Positions 40,019-49,805 of a stretch of DNA of 64,000 nucleotides are shown piece after piece. The notes under the pieces were generated by a model. It was given only the letters and a program-made list of their open reading frames with translations, was not told the origin of the DNA and did not search any database. The position numbers and the translations under genes were made by a program. Numbering within the stretch: position 1 is the stretch's first letter; every line of letters begins with the position of its first letter. Source of the stretch: an uncultured Actinomycetota bacterium. Its GTDB lineage: Bacteria > Actinomycetota > Actinomycetes > Mycobacteriales > Pseudonocardiaceae. The stretch spans positions 228,171 through 292,170 of the forward strand of contig CAWJCX010000043.1 of the NCBI GenBank assembly GCA_963841395.1, given 5' to 3'.

Positions 40019-42985
40019 TCAGACCGTGGGTGACGGCCGGCTTCGCGCCGCGTCGAAGGCAGGCCTCGGCTCCCGGGCTTCGTGGGTGCCGTACCGGGCG
40101 AAGAGGTCTCGCGCCTGCGCCCAGGCGTCGTCCGCCGCCCTGCCCTCGCCGAGACCGGTGAGCACAAGGGACAGATCCCGCAGGGTGCGAGCCCGCCACA
40201 CGGGCAGGGCAAGCGCCGCCCACCACTCCAGTGCGCGGTCGAGGAAGCGCCGCGCCTCGGCCGTCCTGCCCGACGCGAGCTCCAGCTCGCCGAGGGTGCG
40301 CAGCATCAGCGCCTGCCCGAACCCGTCCTGCATGTCGTTGCACACCGCGAGGCAGTCCAGGAGATCGTCGCGTACGGCATCGCCGAGCTGCTGACGGATG
40401 TGGACCTTCCCCAGCGACTGCTTGGCGTAGGCGAGAAGCAACCGCTCGCCGCTCGCGTGGAGCAGCTCCACCGCGCGGGCCGAGTACCGGGCGGCACAGG
40501 TCAGCCCGCCCGCGGCCCGGTGCACGATGCCGGTCGACCGCAGGACCATCGCCTCGCCGGCTCGGTCGCCGAGCTCGCGGTACACAGCGGCGGCACGCTC
40601 GCACTCGGCGAGCGCGGTCGCGAACTCACCCAGCTCCGTGGACACCCGCGCCAGCTCGTGGGCGGCCCGCGCGATGTCGCGCGGTTCGGTCAGGTCCACA
40701 GTGGCCAGCGCCAACACCTCGCGGGCCCGGGGGAGCAGGCCCTGCTCACGGAGCACGGTGCTCAGCGCGAGCCGCGTCCTGGCCTGGTGACGCCGGTCGT
40801 CCACCGAGGCGTACCCGGTGATCGCCTGCTCGTAGTAGGTCACGGCCTCGTCGAAGCGATCCTGTTCGTAGCGCAGCCAGCCCAGACCCGCCAGCAGCCG
40901 GGCCTCGCCCGCTCGGTCGCCGGCGGCTCCGGCGGCGGCCAGCGCTGCGGAGTGGGTTCGCCACCACTGGCTGAACTGGTTGCGGACCGCGAACCGCGAC
41001 GCGCACAGCGCGGACGCCAGCCGGGTCGCGACCCCCGTCAGCCCCAGCTCACTGACCCGCTCGACCACCCGGACCAACCCGGCCTGCTCACCCTCGAACC
41101 AGCCGTCGGAGTCCGCGAGCAGCTCGGCGACCACCTCCGGCCCCAGGTACGGATCGTCCGGCGGTGCCGCGTCGCCGCCCGCGGCCTCCACGAGCGTGAG
41201 CATGCTCTCGGCGGTCCTCGCCAGCGCCGCCCCCGCTTCGCCACCGGGTTCCTCGGCTTCGCCCCGTTCCCTGGCGAAGGCGCGGATCAGGTCGTGGACG
41301 TGGAACCGGAGCGGGCCGCCCTCCGCGGTCACCTCGAGCAGCTGCGCGTCGGCCAGCCGCTCGATCAGGTCCTCGGCCTCGTCGACCGAGCAGTCCAGCA
41401 GTGGCGCGATCACCCACCCGCCGCAGCTCGCCACGTCCATGAGCCCCAGCCTGCGCAGGGCGACCCGCTCGCGTTCGCCGAGCCCGTGGTAGCTGAGCGC
41501 GACGCTGCCGCGTACCTCGAGGTCGCCGACGGCCAGCTCGCTGAGGATGCCCCGCTGTGCTCGCAGCCGCTCCACCAGGCGGCCAAGTGTCCAATGTGGC
41601 CGGATGGCCAGCCGGGCGCCCGCGATGCGTAACGCCAGCGGCAGCCGGCCGCAGAGCCGGACGATCTCGCCGGCCTGCTCCCGTTCGGCGCGGACCCGGT
41701 CCGCGCCGACGACGACCTCCAGCAGCCGCATCGCCTCGGCGTCGTCGAGCAGGGTCAGGCGGAGGTGCGCGGCGCCGTCGAGCGCGCCGAGCCGTTCGCG
41801 GCTGGTGACCAGCACGGCGCAGTCCCCGCTGCCGGGCAGCAATGGGCGAACCTGCCGCTCGTCGGCGGCGTCGTCGAGGACCACGAGCACCCTGCGCTGG
41901 GCGAGCAGGGTGCGGTAGAGCCGGGTGCGTTCGTCCACATCGGACGGGATGGCGGCGGACGCCACGCCCAACGCCCGCAGGAACGTGGCGAGCACGTCAC
42001 CCGGATCCGCCGGGGTGGCCTGCACCCCGCGCAGCGACGCGTAGAGCTGCCCGTCGGGGAACTCCTCGCGCACCTGGTGAGCGATGTGGACGGCGAGCGC
42101 GCTCTTGCCCGCGCCCGGCGTGCCGAAGACGGCGCACAGTCGCCGGCCTTCGACGAGCGCCGGAACCAGCATGGCGGTCTCGGTGGCGCGACCGGTGAAG
42201 TCGGACACGTCCCACGGAAGCTGGTGTGGCCGCCGAACATCCGGTTCCTGATCGCCGCGGGCGACGTGCTCGAACGCGGCCCGCAAGGCCGGTCCCGGTT
42301 CCAGCCCGAGCTCGTCGCGCAGGACGGCGCACGCCTGCCGGTACTCGGCGAACGCGTCCGCCTGCCGGCCCGCCTGGTGCAGGGCGGTGACCAGCTGGCC
42401 GCGCAGCCGTTCCCGAAACGGGTTCTCGGCCGTCGCCGCCCGCAGGTCGGCGACGACCTCCGCGCCCCGCTCGGTCGCCAGGTAGGCGTCGGCCCGGTCC
42501 TCGATGGCGGCGAGCCGGAGCTCGTGCAGTCTCGCCCGCTCGCTCTCCGCCCACCAGCCCTGCGCCCCGCCGAGCGCGACCCCGCGCCACAACCCCAGCG
42601 CGTCGGTGAGTCCGGCCGCCGCCTCGCTGGGCCTGCCGTCGGCGAACGCGGCCCTGCCAAACGCGGCGTCCCGCTCGAACCGAAGGACGTCCACCTGCTC
42701 GGGATCGACCGCGAGGACGTAACCGCCGCCCGAGCGCACGATCACGTCCTCGCCACGCGCACCCGCGATCGACCGGCGAAGCGACGAGACGTACGTGTGC
42801 ACGGCCGCGCGGGCCTGGTTCGGCGGACCCGCACCCCAGATCGACTCCACGATCTCGTCGAACGAGACCCGCCGACCGGCGCGGACGGCAAGCAGCGCCA
42901 GCAACGTCGTGGGCTTCGGCCCCCCGATCGCTCCGGCCCGCCCGTCCCGGGCACACTCGACCGGCCCGAGCACCCGGAACTCCAT
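40019..42985 (-). CDS. AfsR-like SARP regulator (wHTH-BTAD-NB-ARC-TPR)
   Basis: MEFRVLGPV, LWRGVAL, ELGLEPG, GTPGAGKS, VVLDDA, CGRLPLAL, HDLIR, TPR-like tail. Confidence 0.92.
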   Translation of the reverse strand: MEFRVLGPVECARDGRAGAIGGPKPTTLLALLAVRAGRRVSFDEIVESIWGAGPPNQARAAVHTYVSSLRRSIAGARGEDVIVRSGGGYVLAVDPEQVDVLRFERDAAFGRAAFADGRPSEAAAGLTDALGLWRGVALGGAQGWWAESERARLHELRLAAIEDRADAYLATERGAEVVADLRAATAENPFRERLRGQLVTALHQAGRQADAFAEYRQACAVLRDELGLEPGPALRAAFEHVARGDQEPDVRRPHQLPWDVSDFTGRATETAMLVPALVEGRRLCAVFGTPGAGKSALAVHIAHQVREEFPDGQLYASLRGVQATPADPGDVLATFLRALGVASAAIPSDVDERTRLYRTLLAQRRVLVVLDDAADERQVRPLLPGSGDCAVLVTSRERLGALDGAAHLRLTLLDDAEAMRLLEVVVGADRVRAEREQAGEIVRLCGRLPLALRIAGARLAIRPHWTLGRLVERLRAQRGILSELAVGDLEVRGSVALSYHGLGERERVALRRLGLMDVASCGGWVIAPLLDCSVDEAEDLIERLADAQLLEVTAEGGPLRFHVHDLIRAFARERGEAEEPGGEAGAALARTAESMLTLVEAAGGDAAPPDDPYLGPEVVAELLADSDGWFEGEQAGLVRVVERVSELGLTGVATRLASALCASRFAVRNQFSQWWRTHSAALAAAGAAGDRAGEARLLAGLGWLRYEQDRFDEAVTYYEQAITGYASVDDRRHQARTRLALSTVLREQGLLPRAREVLALATVDLTEPRDIARAAHELARVSTELGEFATALAECERAAAVYRELGDRAGEAMVLRSTGIVHRAAGGLTCAARYSARAVELLHASGERLLLAYAKQSLGKVHIRQQLGDAVRDDLLDCLAVCNDMQDGFGQALMLRTLGELELASGRTAEARRFLDRALEWWAALALPVWRARTLRDLSLVLTGLGEGRAADDAWAQARDLFARYGTHEAREPRPAFDAARSRPSPTV

Positions 42986-43060
42986 CTGCGCTACCCCGGT
43001 ATCCCCCCGTCCTGGTGATCACGGACGCCGCAGATCCCAGCACCGCGCGCTGGCACATCT

Positions 43061-43099
43061 CTGTCAGACCGCTGTCAAAGCCACCGGCCGCACGCGTCA
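43061..43099 (+). promoter_or_regulatory. Possible SARP/wHTH direct-repeat site
   Basis: ctgtca at 43061 and 43072, gcgtca at 43094 (11- and 22-bp spacing) upstream of the SARP. Confidence 0.4.
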
Positions 43100-43201
43100 G
43101 CATCAGAAACGCACTGTTCCTGGATGGGCGCGACCAGCCGGTTGCCGCCCGCCTGACGTCTCGGCGACGATGGCTGCGAGGCGACACGGTCTGGGGGACT
43201 C

Positions 43202-43897
43202 ATGGGTCGGCGAATCGGTGGTGCGGGTGGTGGGTCCGATCCAGGCCCACGCAAGGGTGCGGGTCTGGTCGCCACGGGCGCAGCGCTGGCGATCTTCGCC
43301 GGCGGGGCGGCCGACGTGGGGATCGGCGTCGGTGTCGGCGGCGAGGCGATCGGTGGGAGCGCAGCGTCGGATTCCGTCGTCGAGTCGTTGACACCACGGG
43401 ACCTACCGGCGCGGACGAGCCGTGCGTCGCGGTCGGCGAGGAAGGGCCGGGCCGACGAGGCGTGGACACGCATGGGCCTCAAGCGCCTCAAGAAATCAGC
43501 CGTACGGTACGCCGAGTGCGTGGCCGTCTCCACGGGCCGGGTTCGCCAGTTCCTGGCACGCACGCCGTGCAGGTCGTTGCACAGGATGCTCTTCGTCGTC
43601 GGGACCGGGCACGCGTCCGTGCTCGTCTCGGTGGTGTGGATCGGCTTCCGGACCCGTCGTCAGGCGACCGCGTTCAAGGACGTCGAAGACATTCCCGGTA
43701 GCGGCGACATTCGACCTCTCGCGGCCACCATTCTCGGCATCGGCCACATCGAATTCACCGCCCAGCACTATCACGCCAGACCACGAGGCAGCACGGTCAC
43801 GATTGCCGAGGCGGAGCCCCTCAGCGGCCGCCCGAGCGGCCAGGCACTGGACGCCATAGCCGATGTCGCCGCCTACCTGCCGCGCCCGACACGGTGA
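43202..43897 (+). CDS. Hypothetical membrane-anchored/secreted actinobacterial protein
   Basis: N-terminal hydrophobic segment; C...S.G.V..FL...PC.SL.R pattern. Confidence 0.6.
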   Translation: MGRRIGGAGGGSDPGPRKGAGLVATGAALAIFAGGAADVGIGVGVGGEAIGGSAASDSVVESLTPRDLPARTSRASRSARKGRADEAWTRMGLKRLKKSAVRYAECVAVSTGRVRQFLARTPCRSLHRMLFVVGTGHASVLVSVVWIGFRTRRQATAFKDVEDIPGSGDIRPLAATILGIGHIEFTAQHYHARPRGSTVTIAEAEPLSGRPSGQALDAIADVAAYLPRPTR

Positions 43898-43939
43898 ACA
43901 CCAGGTACTCGACCATGACTGCCACCTCGCCTGGCCGTG

Positions 43940-44476
43940 TCACCGTCCGAACTGGACCGACGACCTCAGCGGGGGCGGCGTGATGCCGAGCAGGCTTTCG
44001 GTGGTGCCGGAGTCGGCGGGCAGTGAGTTCAGCGCGTCCACGATCCGCCGCTCCTCGAAGGAGAAGTGCGACTCCAGGATGGCGTTGAGGCCACCGAGCT
44101 CGGCGCGGATGCGCCGCGCGCCGGCCTCGTCCGGTTCGGCGGGAATGCCGTCGACGACGCGCTGAAGGCTGTGCAGGAGCCCGCTCACCAGCACGTGGTC
44201 CTGCCGCAGCTTCTCGACGATCGGGCGGAGCTCTGGAAAGTCCCTGTCCAGGAGGCCGAAGGCGCCGTTGTCCTCGCCCTGGTGATGGTCGGTCACCGCG
44301 GAGCAGAACGAGAGGCAGTGCGCTTTGAGGTTCTTCGGGCGTTCGCCGCGGCCGTCCAGGTGGGCGTCGACCTCGTCGCCGAGCCGTGCGAGTTCCTCGC
44401 GCAGCCACTCGTGGATACGGACCATCTCGTTCCCGAAAGCGGCCAGCCGAACATGTGCTTCCCCGCGGCTCCCCAT
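43940..44476 (-). CDS. Hemerythrin-domain protein
   Basis: H..LR, HCLSFC....HHQGED, LRQDH, ESHFSFEE. Confidence 0.85.
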   Translation of the reverse strand: MGSRGEAHVRLAAFGNEMVRIHEWLREELARLGDEVDAHLDGRGERPKNLKAHCLSFCSAVTDHHQGEDNGAFGLLDRDFPELRPIVEKLRQDHVLVSGLLHSLQRVVDGIPAEPDEAGARRIRAELGGLNAILESHFSFEERRIVDALNSLPADSGTTESLLGITPPPLRSSVQFGR

Positions 44477-44592
44477 GCCACGAGCATACGGGCGGCCCTG
44501 TGTCACGGTGCTGGTTGGCGCGGTCACACTTGGCTACCATGGTCGGCTGTGCGTGGTCGGCCGCGAGAGCCGCGAGCAAGGGGAGTCTTGTT

Positions 44593-45468
44593 GTGACGGA
44601 AAGCAAGAAGACGGTCGGCATCGTCGGCCTCGGTCTCATGGGCGCCTCGTTGGCGAGAGCGTTCCGGGACACGGGCGACTTTCAGGCGGTCGTCGGATAT
44701 GACGAGGCCCCGGCGGCAGTGCGCCGCGCACGTGACGAAGAATGCGTCGACGACGTGCTCGACACCGCCGCGGACGTCGCCCGCACTGCCGACCTGCTCG
44801 TCCTGTGCACACCCGTCCAGCAGATCATCACCTACCTCGAGGAACTGGCCCAGGAAATCCGCCCGGGCACGATCGTCATGGATATCGGGAGCACCAAGGT
44901 CGCCGTCACGGAGGCCATGACAAAGGTGCTGCCCGACGGCGTGATCCCGATCGGCGGGCACCCGATGACGGGGCCCGCGACCGCGGGGGTGCGGGGTCCC
45001 AGCGGGGAGATGTACAAAGGGCGTGTCTTCGTCCTGACCCCCACGGACAAGACGAGCTCCGAAACGGTCGCCTGGTGCACCGAGGCACTGACCAGGATTG
45101 GTGCGCGCGTGGAAGTCCTCGAGGCGGAACGCCACGATCGACTCGTCTCCATCGTCAGCCATCTGCCTCGGATGATCCCCGTGCCATTGCTCAGCCTGGC
45201 GATCGACGATCCGGATCCCATGGTGACGACACTGCCGGCAGGCGGATTTCGGGAGAGCACCCGCAAGGCCACCGGCAACCTCGACATGTGGGTGGACGTG
45301 CTGGCGACCAACAACACGCACATCGTCGAGACGATGCGGCGCTTCGCGCGGGAGGTCGATGCTGTCGCCGACAAGATCTCGGCGGCCGACCCCGCCGCTT
45401 TGCGGGAGATCTTGACCGACGCCGCCGATCGTTGGCACGGGCTATTCGGTTCCGAGGGTGTCAGTTGA
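44593..45468 (+). CDS. tyrA: Prephenate/arogenate dehydrogenase (no ACT domain)
   Basis: GLGLMGASL, DIGSTK, GGHPMTG, HD..VS..SHLP, GGFRESTR. Confidence 0.9.
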   Translation: MTESKKTVGIVGLGLMGASLARAFRDTGDFQAVVGYDEAPAAVRRARDEECVDDVLDTAADVARTADLLVLCTPVQQIITYLEELAQEIRPGTIVMDIGSTKVAVTEAMTKVLPDGVIPIGGHPMTGPATAGVRGPSGEMYKGRVFVLTPTDKTSSETVAWCTEALTRIGARVEVLEAERHDRLVSIVSHLPRMIPVPLLSLAIDDPDPMVTTLPAGGFRESTRKATGNLDMWVDVLATNNTHIVETMRRFAREVDAVADKISAADPAALREILTDAADRWHGLFGSEGVS

Positions 45469-48400
45469 CGATAAGGATATTCATCTCGTACCGACGAGCC
45501 GATTCCCGCGATGAGTGCTCCACGTTCAAGAAATATCTCGAAAGACATTACGGCTCGGTCTTCCTCGACACCGACACCATCCCGCCGGGAGCCAACTTTC
45601 CGGAGGAGATCAGGCAGTCGATCCGCTCGTCCGATGTCGTCCTGGTGGTGATCGGCCCGGCGTGGGACGGCGGTGGGTGCGTCCACGACGAGGGGGACTT
45701 CGTCCGGCAGGAGATCGAGTACGCGCTCGATCAGCGGAAACCGATCCTTCCCGTGCTCATCAAGGGCACGAGGATGCCGAACGCGACGGAGCTCCCCCCG
45801 ACGCTGGAGCGGCTCGCCTGGCTCAACGCGGTTGAGTCCCCAGGCGCGGCGGACCTGGGCTGGCTCCGGTCCGCGATCGACCAGACGGTGGACCCCGCCG
45901 AGTGGGACAGCGCCGCGGTGCAGTTCGCGGATCGAGTCCGGTCGTTGCTCGTTGCCGCGGGCGCACAGGCCACGTCCGCTCTGCAGGGCGAAGGGTCGGA
46001 AGACCCGTGGTTCACGGTCCGGACGTCCGAGGCGTACGGCGCGCTGGAGGTCGGCACCACCGTCGTGGCCTGCACGACCCGCGAGCCGACGCGGACTCGC
46101 GTGCAGCGTGTGCGGGACGCCGTGAGATCGCTGGGGGCGGATCACGGAACACTTGTCGTCGACGATCGGGTCGACTTCGACGGTGCCAAGTCGGATATCG
46201 ACTTCGCCGAAGTTCGCGTCCTCTCCTACCGCGACCTCATCGGCATGCTGGTCTCGCTCGGCGGATATTTCGTCAAACTCGAACGCGAGTACCGACGCTT
46301 TCTCAGATCGGGTTCCCAGTACGTCGATCTCGAAGCGGCCACGTCGGAGAGGCAGGACAGTGGCGAAGAGATCGCGCAGCGATCGCGGTCGTCGCTTCTC
46401 GAGTACGTCGACCGTTGGCAGGAGGACGAGAGCGGGACGCAGCTCGCCATCCTCGGCGACTTCGGCAGTGGCAAGAGCCTGTTCTCGCTGCGATACGCAA
46501 ATGGTCAACGGCAGCGCTACGAGCACGCCCCGGTGGGCTCCGCGTCGCCTCGCATCCCGATCCTGATCCGACTCGGTCAGGCAGCGGGCGCCAACACCAA
46601 CGAGGTCGGTGCCGCGGCATCGGTGCAGCATGCCTTCCTGGCCATGTTCTGCGCACAGAACGATCTCGACGGCAAGGCCGCCGACATCCTCGTCGAGCTG
46701 AACCGGCAGGGCCGGCTGCTGATCATCTGTGACGGCTTCGACGAGTTCCCACGTGCTTCGCACGAGTCGGTTGTCGCCGCGTTCAACCGCCTGCGGCAGC
46801 TCGCGGACCGCGAAAGCAAGCTGATCGTGACCTCCCGGACGCTCTACTTCCGTGATGTCCGGGAGGAGGCCGCCGCGATCCTCAGCGGTCGGGGGCGCCG
46901 GTTCGACATCCTCTATCTGCGAGAGTTCAGGCGCGCGCAGATCTGGGAGGTGCTCAAGGTCCGGTACGGCGAAGGCGCGGAACGGCGCTGGGAGATCATC
47001 GAGAACACGTACGGTCTGCTCGACCTGGTCCGCCGGCCCTTCGTCCTCGACCTCGCGTTATCGGTCCTCCCATCGCTCAAGGGGCGTTCGCGGACAACTC
47101 TCACGGAGCTCTACAACCTCTTCACGAGTCGTTGGATCGCGGATGTCGGCGGATCGCGTCCGCACGTCCTCAAGCCCGCTGCGCGCAAATACCTGATGCA
47201 GCGGCTCGCGTGGACGATGTTCTTGGCAGACACGCTCGAGGTTCGCCCCGAAGCTGTGTCCGCGATCGTGGCAGAGGCGCGGATCTCGAGCCCCGGTGAT
47301 GTGGCGACCGCCGAGGAAGAGCTCAAGACCCAGAGCTACCTGGCACGCAATGGTGTCGGCAAGTACTACTTCGCACACAAGTCGTTCCTGGAGTACTTCG
47401 TCGCGACGCACCTCGTGGACGAGCTCGCGGCCGGCCGGTTCGAAGCACTCGGGATGCGAACGCTGTCGCCGGAGATTCTCGCGTTCATGGCGGACAGCGA
47501 GGTCGACAGCAACGGCCTCTACGACGTGCTTTCGGACATCCGTGGCGATCGCGGGGACCGGTTCTCGGCCGGGAACGTCCTGTCGCTGCTGAACGCCCTG
47601 CCGTATTCGCTCCGGCGACTGGACTTCTCCGATCTGACCATCGTCGGGGCGAACCTCGCCGGTGCGGATCTGCGCGGATCGCGCTTCACGGGCTCGGAGC
47701 TCAAGTCCATGAACGTGATAGACGCGAACCTGAGTCGGACGGACTTCACCAACGCGCGGTTCACCGATCTGATTCTGGGCGTGCGCTCGGCCGGAAAGGG
47801 TGTGGCGACGAACAACGCCGGCGACAGTGCAGTCACCGTTGGTGACAACAGTGTCAAGGTACTGAGCGCGAACGGCGCCGAGTTGGCCTCGTTCTACGGA
47901 CCGAAAGACTCGCTGACAAGCGTGCAGTTCAGCCGGGACTCGCGATGGGTCGCTGCTGGGAGTTTTGACTCGACCGCGACGGTGTGGGCGACCGACCAGG
48001 TGCGTGACGACTTCTCCTACGTAGTTCTCCATGGCCACACCTCGACGGTTTTCGACGTCGCCTTCGATGCGAGTGGCGAGTATCTGTTCACCGCCGGGAA
48101 TGACTGGATGGTGAAGGCCTGGCGAATCAAGGACGGCGCGGAGTTCTGGTCGTCGCGAGAGCACGAGGCCACCGTCTACTCGATCAACTCCTCGCCCGAC
48201 GGTCATCGGCTCGCGACCGGGAGCTTCGACGCGACCGTCGGGCTGTGGCAGCTCGCCGTGGACCGGGTGCACGGCCCGGGGCTCCGCGACGTGGAGCGCA
48301 TGGAGGGTCACGAGGACCTGGTGAACGGCGTGGCCTGGAGCCCGAGCGGCGACGTCGTGGCGTCGGCCAGCAACGACGGGACCGTCCGGCTCTGGGACCT

Positions 48401-48815
48401 CGGCCGACGGGTTTCGCGCATCGTTCTCACCGGGCACAGGACGATCGTGTGGTCGGTGGCGTTCAGCCACGACGGACGGCTTCTCGCCAGCGGCGACTCG
48501 AACGGGGTCATCCGGGTGTGGGACGTCTCGGACCCGCGTAGCAGTCGTAGCATCCCGTGCCTTCGGGTCATACCCGCGCACGAGGCGGCCGTCTGGAGCC
48601 TGGCCTTCCTCCATGACGACAGCGGCATCGTCAGCGGGAGTTTCGACGGCACCATGCGTTGCTGGAGCACCACCGGCGCTACCCGTTGGGACATCATGGC
48701 CCTCGAAGAAGACAAGAACCAACGGATCAATTGTTCGAGCATGCGAATCACCGGCGCGGAAGGGCTGAGTCCCTTGCAGGAACGGTTCCTCAAGCAGAAG
48801 GGCGCTAGAAGGTAG
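45465..48815 (+). CDS. TIR - REase-like - NACHT - pentapeptide - WD40 (NLR-like STAND) protein
   Basis: IFISYRR..VFLD..VRQEIEYA; GDFGSGKS; LIICDGFDE; IVTSR; FAHKSFLEYF; ANLAGADLRG; ~7 GH..WD-type repeats; TTGA overlap with tyrA. Confidence 0.92.
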   Translation: MTIRIFISYRRADSRDECSTFKKYLERHYGSVFLDTDTIPPGANFPEEIRQSIRSSDVVLVVIGPAWDGGGCVHDEGDFVRQEIEYALDQRKPILPVLIKGTRMPNATELPPTLERLAWLNAVESPGAADLGWLRSAIDQTVDPAEWDSAAVQFADRVRSLLVAAGAQATSALQGEGSEDPWFTVRTSEAYGALEVGTTVVACTTREPTRTRVQRVRDAVRSLGADHGTLVVDDRVDFDGAKSDIDFAEVRVLSYRDLIGMLVSLGGYFVKLEREYRRFLRSGSQYVDLEAATSERQDSGEEIAQRSRSSLLEYVDRWQEDESGTQLAILGDFGSGKSLFSLRYANGQRQRYEHAPVGSASPRIPILIRLGQAAGANTNEVGAAASVQHAFLAMFCAQNDLDGKAADILVELNRQGRLLIICDGFDEFPRASHESVVAAFNRLRQLADRESKLIVTSRTLYFRDVREEAAAILSGRGRRFDILYLREFRRAQIWEVLKVRYGEGAERRWEIIENTYGLLDLVRRPFVLDLALSVLPSLKGRSRTTLTELYNLFTSRWIADVGGSRPHVLKPAARKYLMQRLAWTMFLADTLEVRPEAVSAIVAEARISSPGDVATAEEELKTQSYLARNGVGKYYFAHKSFLEYFVATHLVDELAAGRFEALGMRTLSPEILAFMADSEVDSNGLYDVLSDIRGDRGDRFSAGNVLSLLNALPYSLRRLDFSDLTIVGANLAGADLRGSRFTGSELKSMNVIDANLSRTDFTNARFTDLILGVRSAGKGVATNNAGDSAVTVGDNSVKVLSANGAELASFYGPKDSLTSVQFSRDSRWVAAGSFDSTATVWATDQVRDDFSYVVLHGHTSTVFDVAFDASGEYLFTAGNDWMVKAWRIKDGAEFWSSREHEATVYSINSSPDGHRLATGSFDATVGLWQLAVDRVHGPGLRDVERMEGHEDLVNGVAWSPSGDVVASASNDGTVRLWDLGRRVSRIVLTGHRTIVWSVAFSHDGRLLASGDSNGVIRVWDVSDPRSSRSIPCLRVIPAHEAAVWSLAFLHDDSGIVSGSFDGTMRCWSTTGATRWDIMALEEDKNQRINCSSMRITGAEGLSPLQERFLKQKGARR

Positions 48816-48896
48816 CAAAGATCTCGCCGGTCGGCCGGGTCACGCCAGATGCGCACCGTGGGATATCGTGACCAGGCGTCCAGCAGTGGAGGAATC

Positions 48897-49748
48897 GTGG
48901 CGATTGGTTATCTCGGTCCGGAAGGGACATTCACGCACTCGGCGGCGCGTGAACTGTGCCCAGGTGCCGATCTCATTCCGGTGCCGACGCAGGGTCAGGC
49001 AATCGAGCAGGTCGAAGCCGGCCTCCTCGACGGAGCCGTCGTGCCGGTCGACAACTCGGTCAACGGAGTTGTCCTGCCGACCTGGGACGCGCTGCTCGGC
49101 ACCACGCAGAGCAAGATCGTCGCGGACACCCTTACCCCGGTGACCTTCAACGCCTACACCCTCACGCCCGACGAAGCCCCGACGGCCGTCGTGAGCCACC
49201 CGCACGCGTTGGCTCAATGCGCGGGCTACGTCGCGTCCCTGGGAGTGCCGACGCGCACGGCGTCGTCGACCGCGGAGGCGTGCGCCAACCTCGCTCCGGG
49301 CGAGGTCGCGATCGCGGCACCGGTATGTGCGGAGCTCTACCCCGTGACGACCATCGCGGAGAAGGTCGAGGACGGGGCAGGGGCGATCACCCACTTCGGA
49401 CTCGTGTCGCGCGACGAGCAGTCACCGGCGGCGGAGCGCTGGGCGAGTGTCATCGCCGCTCTGCCGATGCGGAACGCGCCCGGCAGCCTTGCCGCCTTGC
49501 TGGCACCGCTTGCCGATCTGGGTTGCAACCTGTCGAACATCGTTCCGCGTCCGCTGCGCGGCACTGCCGACTACGCGTTCCTGCTCTTCCTCACCGACGT
49601 CGACCACCATCGGGAGGAGCAGGCCCTCGGCGGGCTCGACGCCCAGTGTTCGGCGGTGTCGTTGCTCGGGCGCTTTTCCGCGACCAAGATCTGGAACACC
49701 GACGCCGCGCCGCAGATCCCGGCCCGACTCCAAGTCGCGAGGGCCTGA
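48897..49748 (+). CDS. pheA: Prephenate dehydratase with ACT domain (divergent)
   Basis: YLGPEGTFT, VVPVDNSVNG, SHPHALAQC, STAEA, ITHF, NAPGSL..L...GCNLSNI; GGAGG RBS. Confidence 0.85.
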   Translation: MAIGYLGPEGTFTHSAARELCPGADLIPVPTQGQAIEQVEAGLLDGAVVPVDNSVNGVVLPTWDALLGTTQSKIVADTLTPVTFNAYTLTPDEAPTAVVSHPHALAQCAGYVASLGVPTRTASSTAEACANLAPGEVAIAAPVCAELYPVTTIAEKVEDGAGAITHFGLVSRDEQSPAAERWASVIAALPMRNAPGSLAALLAPLADLGCNLSNIVPRPLRGTADYAFLLFLTDVDHHREEQALGGLDAQCSAVSLLGRFSATKIWNTDAAPQIPARLQVARA

Positions 49749-49805
49749 GGCGCACCGAGCGAATATCGATAGCCGGCCGAGCGGCGCCGACCTAGGGTTC
49801 GCCGA

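Noticed and set aside
44742-45464. N-terminal extension of the 1357-aa NLR ORF
   Set aside because: Alternate frame over tyrA; TIR begins right after TTG 45465
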